Sequence record: NC_070957.1
Length of the DNA: 64,000 nucleotides
Direction: 5' to 3' (one strand)
Shown here: positions 47,883 to 55,506 of the stretch, piece after piece
How the letters are laid out: each line of letters begins with the position of its first letter
How positions within the stretch are numbered: position 1 is the first letter of the stretch
Notes under the pieces: model-generated
What the model was told of the DNA's origin: nothing
The model's input: the letters and a program-made list of their open reading frames with translations, nothing else
Database searches by the model: none
Made by a program: the position numbers and the translations under genes

Positions 47883-47906
47883 CCCGTTCCTGGAAACAGG
47901 AACGGG
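47883..47906 (+). terminator. Intrinsic terminator with GAAA loop
   Basis: cccgttcctg-gaaa-caggaacggg, then a T-rich tract. Confidence 0.8.
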
Positions 47907-47939
47907 TTACTTCATCTCTTTTTATTTTTGGGTTTTTGT

Positions 47940-48521
47940 ATGAACGATCGTCCCAATGCTAAACAAGTTCTTGCAAAACACACATCTAGAACGTTCCTTT
48001 GTGATGGTGATCGTTTAAGTTGTGTGTCCTTTATTCATCACGTAACCAAACACGTCTGGATAAAGGGTGGTGAGAGCTCAACTTATTTCCACGACGCCAC
48101 CAACTTGAAACTTTTCCTGGGTGGAAAGATCATCAAGCTTCATAGCTGTGATCTGGGTAGTGTTCACTACGGCCTGGTTGATTTCGTTCGTAAACTGGAC
48201 GTGATTATAAAAGCTGTCAGTAACACACTCGACTTCCTTGGTAAGAATCCAAAGTACGGTGACCGTTTCGTAGTGAAGGAATTCCTTAACCCGGTGGATG
48301 GTAACTTGGTGGACATCTATACCAGTTCCATAGCTATTACATCTAGCCCCACTCACGGGTTGACGTTTGAACTCGCGTCATGTGACTTTAAGAGCCGTAT
48401 CACCCTACAACGCAAATCCGGTCCCAAGTTCCTGAGGAAGTTTCTTGATTTCGTCACCAAATGCCGAAATGAAGTTCAGAGTACTCTGGACAAGCACACT
48501 GGTACATTACAGGAGAGTTAA
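47940..48521 (+). CDS. Hypothetical protein, possible shorter member of family A (193 aa)
   Basis: ATG at 47940 with no clear SD; GLVDFVRKLDVIIKAV resembles GLVVVLTRLMNLIKAN of 44430. Confidence 0.65.
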   Translation: MNDRPNAKQVLAKHTSRTFLCDGDRLSCVSFIHHVTKHVWIKGGESSTYFHDATNLKLFLGGKIIKLHSCDLGSVHYGLVDFVRKLDVIIKAVSNTLDFLGKNPKYGDRFVVKEFLNPVDGNLVDIYTSSIAITSSPTHGLTFELASCDFKSRITLQRKSGPKFLRKFLDFVTKCRNEVQSTLDKHTGTLQES

Positions 48522-48523
48522 AA

Positions 48524-49060
48524 ATGCATCCTAATGCAGAACGTGTTATGAACGGGGCTTTTGATGAAATCATTTTCTATGATAAGATCGAAGGTCCGCG
48601 AATTTACATGGATTGGGACTTCGGTCAGAATCCCATCACTGTAAGCGGAAAAGAAAGTGACATGAAGGTCCCTAGGCTTGAGCGGCTGGCAAAGATTCTG
48701 GAGTGGGAGGATAAAACCTCTTGGGTCCTGACATTTACTAATGGTGAATGGCCGAGCTGTTCCATCGAGTCTGTTGACCGTCGTGTCACCAAAGATCCTG
48801 ACTGGGAACTTCCCTTTGACACTGTGGAAGAATGTCTTCTGCACATCCACGATCACATGGGTGAGAAAGGGCTGGTCTATCGTTCCAAGCAAGAAATGCC
48901 GCTCGATTTGACCAGTGTTGTCAAGCCGTGGGATCTCAGTAAGGAAACCTACACCAACGAGGAAGTTCGCATTCTCATGGAAATGATGAAGGCGGAATTC
49001 GTTGAGACAACCAACCAACTTTTCGATCGTATGCTGGGTCGTCTGGCAATAAAGGAATAA
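48524..49060 (+). CDS. Hypothetical protein (178 aa)
   Basis: AGGAG RBS. Confidence 0.8.
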   Translation: MHPNAERVMNGAFDEIIFYDKIEGPRIYMDWDFGQNPITVSGKESDMKVPRLERLAKILEWEDKTSWVLTFTNGEWPSCSIESVDRRVTKDPDWELPFDTVEECLLHIHDHMGEKGLVYRSKQEMPLDLTSVVKPWDLSKETYTNEEVRILMEMMKAEFVETTNQLFDRMLGRLAIKE

Positions 49061-49071
49061 GGAGTATAAAA

Positions 49072-49620
49072 ATGAAAAAGCTGGGTGTGTTTATTGTACT
49101 ACTCTTTGCATCGATGTTTGCCATGGCCGGTGGTACTACGAAGGCCAATCTGGACCTCGGTAGCATGGGTTGGGTAGTCGACAAACGTACCGAAGACGGC
49201 AAAGCGTACATGATTCGTAATAAAGGGAATAACGGTGGAGTCATCCGACTCGGCTGTAATGTCCCTGGCGGGGATGTTTCTGTCAAGTACATCTATCGGG
49301 GACTCAATAAAGACTTCTTCATTATTGAGCTTCTCACTGATGCCAGACTGGATTCCTATCCCTATACGGCCATGTATGGAGTTAAGTCATTGAACCAAGC
49401 AGCGATGTACAAGCAGTTCGCTATGACCGATGCTGGTTTCATGATGACTCGTTTTGCCGAAGGTGCGGCTGAGCGATTCTTTAAGAGTCGCAAAGATCGT
49501 GAGGTTTACGGACTCCCCCGTCCCATTGGTACGGAGCTGTTCGTTGGTCACGAGCAAGTAGCTGATTATATCAATGATGTTAAAGCCACTTGCGGTTTCA
49601 CTGAGGAACCTCTTCACTGA
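49072..49620 (+). CDS. Secreted/periplasmic two-cysteine protein, family B (182 aa)
   Basis: Sec signal MKKLGVFIVLLFASMFAMA; only Cys62 and Cys174. Confidence 0.85.
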   Translation: MKKLGVFIVLLFASMFAMAGGTTKANLDLGSMGWVVDKRTEDGKAYMIRNKGNNGGVIRLGCNVPGGDVSVKYIYRGLNKDFFIIELLTDARLDSYPYTAMYGVKSLNQAAMYKQFAMTDAGFMMTRFAEGAAERFFKSRKDREVYGLPRPIGTELFVGHEQVADYINDVKATCGFTEEPLH

Positions 49621-49653
49621 GGAGCCTTTTCTATTAACTTAGGAAACCGGTAA

Positions 49654-50148
49654 ATGTCCTGTGTAAATATTGAAAGACTTGAAAAGGTCGGATACGTCAT
49701 AGAACGTAGGTCGGATAGACTGGACCAATTCATTTTAAGATCAAGGGAGCCGGGTGATCGCCCTGGGGTATTTGCGAGTGATGGTATCGAAGACAATCCT
49801 CGCTGGACTTCTGATGAACGTATGTCATTCACAGTGGCATGTGACGTTTCTGCAAAGAAGTACATCATCTCACTGTTCATCTTTGGACGGTCGGATGAAC
49901 TACCCCCTACGTATTTCCTGTTGGACGTTGAACCAACATCTCTTTGGCTGGCTGTTGAAACAGTCTTAGAGACTCAACCTCTGACTCCGGTTGACGAAAC
50001 GATTGAAGCTCGAGACGACATCATTTCTGACGGAAAGGTTTATACTACCGACCAGGTGGTCACCCTGATAAAGTTAGTCCGCGGAGATCTCAACTCTCCT
50101 GAGGGTGATAAGCACATCGCGATGCTGCTCAAGAGTGTGCAGCCATAA
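49654..50148 (+). CDS. Hypothetical protein (164 aa)
   Basis: AGGA RBS; C-terminal motif shared with 48524. Confidence 0.75.
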   Translation: MSCVNIERLEKVGYVIERRSDRLDQFILRSREPGDRPGVFASDGIEDNPRWTSDERMSFTVACDVSAKKYIISLFIFGRSDELPPTYFLLDVEPTSLWLAVETVLETQPLTPVDETIEARDDIISDGKVYTTDQVVTLIKLVRGDLNSPEGDKHIAMLLKSVQP

Positions 50149-50156
50149 TAAATAAG

Positions 50157-50188
50157 CTCCTAGGAACGCTTGTGGGCGTTCCTAGGAG
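50157..50188 (+). terminator. Terminator hairpin
   Basis: ctcctaggaacgc-ttgtgg-gcgttcctaggag, perfect 13-bp stem. Confidence 0.75.
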
Positions 50189-50270
50189 TATATGTGTGTC
50201 ATTTAATACAGAGGTCGTAACTATTCGTTATAGAGCGTTACAGAGCTCTAGATGCATAATTTTTCAGCTA

Positions 50271-50286
50271 TACATTATTATAGTGT
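50271..50286 (+). promoter_or_regulatory. Putative early promoter
   Basis: tacattattatagtgt. Confidence 0.65.
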
Positions 50287-50319
50287 AATGACAATCATTA
50301 TTCTACTAAGGAGCACGAC

Positions 50320-50925
50320 ATGAAAACCATTATTGCTTTTGTATTGTTTATGTTCGCTGTCGGTGTAGAAGCCGCCAGCTACGATATCAAAGAGGACCCG
50401 GTCTTCAATCTGGAAACTGCGGTCAACAATGATGTCAGTGTTAAAAAGATCTCTGGTAAAACTCACATCAAGATCCAGGGTGTGAGTGCCGAGGGTAAAC
50501 ACAACCAGTGGGAGTTCATCTGCACTCCCTTCAAACCTGAACTTGTCATCAAGAACAACTCAGTTAACGAGGATGGTCAGATGACGAAGGAAGGAACTGG
50601 TTTCGCCATTCAGTTCTATATGGATGAGGAAGAAGTGGGACGTCCAATTGGCGAATGGGACAACGCGGACATTTATGTTTGGGATGATGGTCGTCAAGCT
50701 CTCGACCTCGCTCTTAACCGTTTACTTCCTATCGGCCAAGGCTGGATCGTATTTACAGTGTACGACATCGGGATGGGTAATGACAGGATTCCGGTTTCTT
50801 ACAGTCACAAGTACCCGGTCGGTGTTGCACAAGACATCGTGCGGAAACTGGTTAAAGCGGACGCTCTGGTTGATTGCAACTCTGCATTGATTCAAACTGG
50901 CGCTACCATCAAGTTCACTAACTAA
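50320..50925 (+). CDS. Secreted/periplasmic two-cysteine protein, family B (201 aa)
   Basis: AAGGAG RBS; Sec signal MKTIIAFVLFMFAVGVEA; only Cys68 and Cys186. Confidence 0.85.
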   Translation: MKTIIAFVLFMFAVGVEAASYDIKEDPVFNLETAVNNDVSVKKISGKTHIKIQGVSAEGKHNQWEFICTPFKPELVIKNNSVNEDGQMTKEGTGFAIQFYMDEEEVGRPIGEWDNADIYVWDDGRQALDLALNRLLPIGQGWIVFTVYDIGMGNDRIPVSYSHKYPVGVAQDIVRKLVKADALVDCNSALIQTGATIKFTN

Positions 50926-50936
50926 GGAAAAATACC

Positions 50937-51557
50937 ATGCGTTTTATTATTGCTTTTCTTACACTGGTTCTCTCCACTGGCTCCTATGCTTTCAGCTTCG
51001 GTAAGAAGGCTGTTCCGGTAGAGGAGAACAGCTTCGAAACATCTTGGGCTCGTGTCCTCACTCTCAAAGATCAAATCTCTATGGGATGGACTGCTCGGGA
51101 CATGAGTGACCGGGAATTCGATATTACCATGATGTGCGACAGCATCCGCTCGACCATCTGGAATTACAAGTTCCCAGGCCAACCTGGTGTAAAGGTAGAC
51201 GGCCTTGCCATGCTGATGGTCCGTGACGTCGGAAACGATTTGTCGAAGATCGACCTGGAGACCGAAAGCCGGAACTACATGGTGATCTTTGATAGTAACT
51301 ATGCAATCGACGGTTCTGCGAATCTGGAAGTGCTGGTGAAAGACTCCAAGCGCATCGATGTGATTCCTGAACACATCAAGTTCCTGTGGGTTGGTTATAA
51401 AGCTAACCATACTGGTACCTGGATTGTTGCATCTGGACCCAAGATGTCCGCTGAAGGTATGTTCGGTCGTATGCAGTCTTACGCTGACTTCCCTCGTACC
51501 CAATTGGACACTTGCAGTCGTTCCATGGAGGAGCCTTCTTATAAGGTAGCCAACTAA
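50937..51557 (+). CDS. Secreted/periplasmic two-cysteine protein, family B (206 aa)
   Basis: AAGGA RBS; Sec signal MRFIIAFLTLVLSTGSYA; only Cys67 and Cys193. Confidence 0.85.
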   Translation: MRFIIAFLTLVLSTGSYAFSFGKKAVPVEENSFETSWARVLTLKDQISMGWTARDMSDREFDITMMCDSIRSTIWNYKFPGQPGVKVDGLAMLMVRDVGNDLSKIDLETESRNYMVIFDSNYAIDGSANLEVLVKDSKRIDVIPEHIKFLWVGYKANHTGTWIVASGPKMSAEGMFGRMQSYADFPRTQLDTCSRSMEEPSYKVAN

Positions 51558-51558
51558 G

Positions 51559-51590
51559 AAAAGCCCCGTGTTCACGGACACGGGGCTTTT
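51559..51590 (+). terminator. Hairpin (terminator or processing site) inside the envelope-protein operon
   Basis: aaaagccccgtgt...acacggggctttt, immediately followed by the AAGGAG RBS of the next gene. Confidence 0.7.
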
Positions 51591-51602
51591 AAGGAGTTAT
51601 CC

Positions 51603-51737
51603 ATGAATAACAAAACTGTTGTATTTCTTTTAATAATAGGACTGGCCATAATCTGGTTAGGTAGTGAACACGTTGAACTGGAAGAAGCTGTCGATAACCT
51701 CACAGAAGTTATCGGTCAGTGTGTCAATCAAGAGTAA
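51603..51737 (+). CDS. Small single-TM membrane peptide (44 aa; not in the ORF track)
   Basis: AAGGAG RBS; MNNKTVVFLLIIGLAIIWLG followed by an acidic helix. Confidence 0.65.
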   Translation: MNNKTVVFLLIIGLAIIWLGSEHVELEEAVDNLTEVIGQCVNQE

Positions 51738-51767
51738 TCTCTCGTCTTTCTTAATGGAGTTCTGTAA

Positions 51768-52466
51768 ATGTTTAAGTCACTTGCTCGTCAAACTGCTGTT
51801 ATCGCTTTATTTGTTGGTGTTCTATTTGGCGGCATTGGTTACAAGTTAGCCGACTACCGTACTCACGAAGTTAAGAGTGATGTCATTGTCACTCATGAAG
51901 TAATGCCTGAGTGGAAACTTTTACAGCTCCGGGAGATCTCTGAAGAAAGCAGGGGTGAAGCTATCGCTCCCGTCGATCAGCAAGAACTCATTATGAACTA
52001 TGCTGAGGTCCAAGACCATGCTGCGTTCTACGAGTTCATCGCTAAGGGTTCCGATGACCGAGTGGTTCTTTACTGTGACGCTCACACCAACTCTGTCAAC
52101 ATCGGTTACCAGTTTGGTTTGGTAGATGAGGAACTGTCCGAACGGCTTGATGGATTCTCTATCAAGGTTCTCCGTCCAGGCAGTACTGGTTACTTTATCT
52201 TTGATGAAATGCGCCCTGCGCTCTATGACACTCATCAAGAAAGCACCTATCTCAATGCAGGAATGAAAGCGTTGGCTGATGAAGATCCCGAAGCACTGGT
52301 GGTCTTTACTCTTCGCTATAGCGGTACGGAAGAGGAGTCTCTGGTAGCAGGTGTATCGCCAGCCTTTAAGGTTCGGGATGTACTTGCAGCCTGGAATGCA
52401 GTTCCTACATCAGCGTGTGAGTTCGTCAACCTCACTGATTACCCTTCTTCGTTTGAACAGAAATAA
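51768..52466 (+). CDS. Membrane-anchored/exported two-cysteine protein, family B (232 aa)
   Basis: GGAG RBS; N-terminal hydrophobic anchor AVIALFVGVLFGGIGY; only Cys103 and Cys217. Confidence 0.8.
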   Translation: MFKSLARQTAVIALFVGVLFGGIGYKLADYRTHEVKSDVIVTHEVMPEWKLLQLREISEESRGEAIAPVDQQELIMNYAEVQDHAAFYEFIAKGSDDRVVLYCDAHTNSVNIGYQFGLVDEELSERLDGFSIKVLRPGSTGYFIFDEMRPALYDTHQESTYLNAGMKALADEDPEALVVFTLRYSGTEEESLVAGVSPAFKVRDVLAAWNAVPTSACEFVNLTDYPSSFEQK

Positions 52467-52470
52467 AAAT

Positions 52471-52500
52471 AACTCTCTAGCCTTAACGGGCTAGAGAGTT
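52471..52500 (+). terminator. Terminator hairpin
   Basis: aactctctagcc-ttaacg-ggctagagagtt, perfect 12-bp stem. Confidence 0.8.
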
Positions 52501-52543
52501 CTTCATTCTATATTTGTTTTTGACATACATTCCATCTCAGATA

Positions 52544-52559
52544 GATATTACCTAAGTGA
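52544..52559 (+). promoter_or_regulatory. Putative early promoter
   Basis: gatattacctaagtga. Confidence 0.65.
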
Positions 52560-52595
52560 TAGATAACCAATATCTTTTATTCACACTTAGGAGAG

Positions 52596-52784
52596 ATGAC
52601 AATGTTCGCTATCAAAAACATTACCGTTCTGTTCACCGTTGTTATCTCCCTGGTGGGGATTAACCATTTGACAGTTAACAACCACATGAAACTCCATGAT
52701 GGTGTCCGACCTGTTGTTCAGTACGATCACGCAAATCGTATACTGGATGTTAGCAATCTCGAAGTAAAACCAAATACCTTTTAA
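52596..52784 (+). CDS. Small protein with an N-terminal hydrophobic segment (60-62 aa)
   Basis: AGGAG RBS (start 52596 or 52602); ITVLFTVVISLVGI. Confidence 0.65.
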   Translation: MTMFAIKNITVLFTVVISLVGINHLTVNNHMKLHDGVRPVVQYDHANRILDVSNLEVKPNTF

Positions 52785-52794
52785 GGGGAAATAA

Positions 52795-53517
52795 ATGAAA
52801 AACCAACCTAATGGCGAACTCAGCGTTCAGGTAGATTACATCCGTAAATTCATGTTTCTGTTTCAGGAGCATGATGTACCTATGAGCTTGATCCGTGCTT
52901 GTGTTAAGTCCATTGCACAGAACGATCTGGCTCACAACCTTGGACATGTTCATGGTGTTTGTGAACTGGCCAGTCAGATGGCCGAGTGCCGCGTCAATAA
53001 GGGTGACCAATTGAAGGTTATGCTGGCAGCACTGTTCCACGATCTGGGTTGTCGTTATAACCGGGATGATCATCATCTCATCAGCTACGGCCTCACCTAT
53101 CAGTATCTGGCTGAGTACTGGCCTGAGCGTTTCACTCCTGATGAAATCAAGGAGATCGCTGTGGCTGTGCTGGAACACCGTAGTTCCAGTAAGGGTAAAC
53201 CGACCAGTCTGATTTCTGAGATCGTTTCGGTAGCGGACAGTGGCAAACCTAACATCGAGATCTATATCAAGCGGGCGTTGCAATTCCGCATCTCTCGTGG
53301 TGATCTCGAAAACAAGGGTAAAGATGTACTGTTCGATGAAGTATATCATCACCTCCTGGAGAAGTTCGAGAGCAATACCGGGTACCACTGGAATAGCTAC
53401 CCTGATATAGGACTCATGCACTTCAAAGAAGAATGGGATGAATTCCAGGTTCTTCTTCACCCGACTCTTGTAAGTCACGCTATGAGAACCATAAGCGAGA
53501 TTTACAACAAACTGTAA
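52795..53517 (+). CDS. HD-domain metal-dependent phosphohydrolase (240 aa)
   Basis: AHNLGH...AALFHDLG...AVLEH...VSVADS metal-ligand pattern. Confidence 0.88.
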   Translation: MKNQPNGELSVQVDYIRKFMFLFQEHDVPMSLIRACVKSIAQNDLAHNLGHVHGVCELASQMAECRVNKGDQLKVMLAALFHDLGCRYNRDDHHLISYGLTYQYLAEYWPERFTPDEIKEIAVAVLEHRSSSKGKPTSLISEIVSVADSGKPNIEIYIKRALQFRISRGDLENKGKDVLFDEVYHHLLEKFESNTGYHWNSYPDIGLMHFKEEWDEFQVLLHPTLVSHAMRTISEIYNKL

Positions 53518-53565
53518 TAGATGGAGGGAGCCTATTCTCCCTCCCCATTAAAAGGAAACAAGCGA

Positions 53566-53859
53566 ATGAACAACCAACTCAAAAGCACCTGCGTTAACCT
53601 GACCAACAACTTCTTCTTCTACAAGAATGAAAACGGCGTGGTCTATTTTTCCAGTTATCAACTTTCACTGGATGGGTTCCTGGAAATCACCAGTGATGAA
53701 CTTTATGCGGTCCTCGATGGACTCGATCACTTCTATCTGAAGGCCGAGATAATCGGTGAAGTAGAAGTGCACGAACTGGTCACCGAGACCACCAAGGTTC
53801 ACGCCACAATGTCTGGTCACAAACATGTGATCGCCGATACTTTCTACTCCGTCTGGTAA
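53566..53859 (+). CDS. Hypothetical protein (97 aa)
   Basis: Start reassigned to 53566 (AAGGA RBS). The upstream 53523-53544 forms an 8-bp hairpin, ggagggag/ctccctcc. Confidence 0.7.
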   Translation: MNNQLKSTCVNLTNNFFFYKNENGVVYFSSYQLSLDGFLEITSDELYAVLDGLDHFYLKAEIIGEVEVHELVTETTKVHATMSGHKHVIADTFYSVW

Positions 53860-53868
53860 GGTTGTGAT

Positions 53869-54183
53869 ATGTCCAATATGCAAGTACAAATCCTTCGTCC
53901 CTTTGACATCGTTCGCTGCTGCAAACATGGAGACACGTCAATCGGGATGGTGACCGAGGTCACTGATGGCAATCGTTGTAGTATCGATTGGTTCGTTAAT
54001 GACGCCAACATGCCCAATGCTTGGATTAACGCTATGCAGCTTACCATACTGGGTAACTGCATGAACGCTATTGCAAGAGCAATGGCACATCCCATGGGGT
54101 CAGGTGCTAAACATCCGGACAGTATGTTCCCGATGACTGTAGACGGTCAAACCACTCCCTACCATCACAAATCAGGACGATAG
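53869..54183 (+). CDS. Hypothetical protein, possible SH3-like beta-barrel (104 aa)
   Basis: PFDIVR..GDTSIGMVTEV..CSIDW..AW pattern is SH3/KOW-like (inference). Confidence 0.6.
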   Translation: MSNMQVQILRPFDIVRCCKHGDTSIGMVTEVTDGNRCSIDWFVNDANMPNAWINAMQLTILGNCMNAIARAMAHPMGSGAKHPDSMFPMTVDGQTTPYHHKSGR

Positions 54184-54186
54184 AAA

Positions 54187-54519
54187 ATGTATCATCTACT
54201 CGCACAACAAAACAATCCTCTCAACGCAAGAATGTCGGCCGCTATCGAAATGGTCCAGCTGGCCAATGAACGTTACGGTGTACGACCCAGTTTAGTACTC
54301 GTGTTGAAATATCTGGACGACCCGCAGCGAGTACCAGAGACAATCGACATCAACGCCCAGATCCTGGATCATCACACCCACTTCAAGTTGTTACCCAAAG
54401 AACGAAGGGTGGTTACTCACGCCCATCTGGGAATGGATTTCAGTGCTGAACGGATTGGACGTAAAGCTCTGGAGGAAGATTATGGTTATCATACCCACGG
54501 TAAGCTTGAAACTGATTAA
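54187..54519 (+). CDS. Hypothetical protein (110 aa)
   Basis: Operon spacing; ends before a convergent terminator. Confidence 0.65.
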   Translation: MYHLLAQQNNPLNARMSAAIEMVQLANERYGVRPSLVLVLKYLDDPQRVPETIDINAQILDHHTHFKLLPKERRVVTHAHLGMDFSAERIGRKALEEDYGYHTHGKLETD

Positions 54520-54536
54520 CAGTTGAGAACAGCAAA

Positions 54537-54567
54537 AGAGCTAGTCACCCAATGGGTGACTAGCTCT
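54537..54567. terminator. Bidirectional terminator hairpin
   Basis: agagctagtcaccc-aat-gggtgactagctct, perfect 14-bp stem between convergent genes. Confidence 0.85.
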
Positions 54568-54591
54568 AGTTATATTACTGTTTTTTTTTGG

Positions 54592-55494
54592 TTAACCGAC
54601 GTAGTCAGGACGTACGATGGTGCGCTTCTCAGCGTTCATCATTTCCTGAATACCGTTATCCTTGAGACCTTGCAGGGTCGCAGTCTGGGTCTTGAAGCCG
54701 GCAGGAGCATCACGACCAGCAGGGTTGTAAAGCGGCATACGTTGGAGCATGGCCTTTGCAATCTGCTTGGCAGCGTAGGTGTCGAATTCGATCAGACCGG
54801 TGAACTCGGTGTTAACTTCACGAACACGGCCAGCAGTCTGGTCGATATCGAAGGACATCTCGATGGAAGGGGTTTCCTTCGGCATCTGTGCCAACACCAG
54901 GGCGGCGTGACGGATTTCCTTGAAGTTACGAGTCGGTTCGAAGTAGATCGAAGCCATGGAGATTTCATCCAGCAGCAGATCACCCGGATAGTTCAGAGTG
55001 ATTGCTTTGGGGTGCAGGATGGTCGGATCCATGATCAGGTATTCGGACCAAACTTGCATCAGCTTGGAGAAGGACTCGCCTTCCGGATCCAGGGCGTTGT
55101 GACTGATCGCACCGAACTGGCGTTGTGCACCGGTCGGGAAGGACAGCTGGGCGCCACCGGCCCAAGTGATGTCGTGGTAGTCGAGGGAAGTACGAGCGGT
55201 CAGACCGCTCCAGTTACGACTACGGGTTTCCATGTATGCACGCAGCAGACCGTGGAACTGACGACCGCCAGGGATGTGGTCGAAACCAGCCGGGGTTGAC
55301 AGTACAACACAGTACGGACGCTGGGACACATACGGTTGCTCTTCGACATAGCGGTAGTTGTTCGGCGCGTAGCCGTACTGACCACCATGTGCGGCGTTGA
55401 TCACGGGAGCGTTGCCTACGTTAAAGGCGCGATGGAATTCGCTGTTCCCGGGAAGCAAGGTCTTATTATCACGGTGCGGATAATTAGTTGCCAT
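54592..55494 (-). CDS. Tail tube protein (phiKZ gp30-like, 300 aa)
   Basis: Directly downstream of the sheath gene; strong codon bias; size and motifs (PYCVVLSTPAGF) fit phiKZ-like tube proteins. Confidence 0.75.
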   Translation of the reverse strand: MATNYPHRDNKTLLPGNSEFHRAFNVGNAPVINAAHGGQYGYAPNNYRYVEEQPYVSQRPYCVVLSTPAGFDHIPGGRQFHGLLRAYMETRSRNWSGLTARTSLDYHDITWAGGAQLSFPTGAQRQFGAISHNALDPEGESFSKLMQVWSEYLIMDPTILHPKAITLNYPGDLLLDEISMASIYFEPTRNFKEIRHAALVLAQMPKETPSIEMSFDIDQTAGRVREVNTEFTGLIEFDTYAAKQIAKAMLQRMPLYNPAGRDAPAGFKTQTATLQGLKDNGIQEMMNAEKRTIVRPDYVG

Positions 55495-55506
55495 TTTCTA
55501 CATTCC

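Noticed and set aside
50236-50256. Tandem cgttatagag/cgttacagag 10-mer upstream of the 50271 promoter
   Set aside because: Only two copies and not seen at other promoters; insufficient support for an operator.
54571-54578. Exact TATATTAC pointing into the end of the tail tube gene (possible antisense early promoter)
   Set aside because: It lacks the downstream TG present in all accepted instances and lies in the AT-rich terminator flank.
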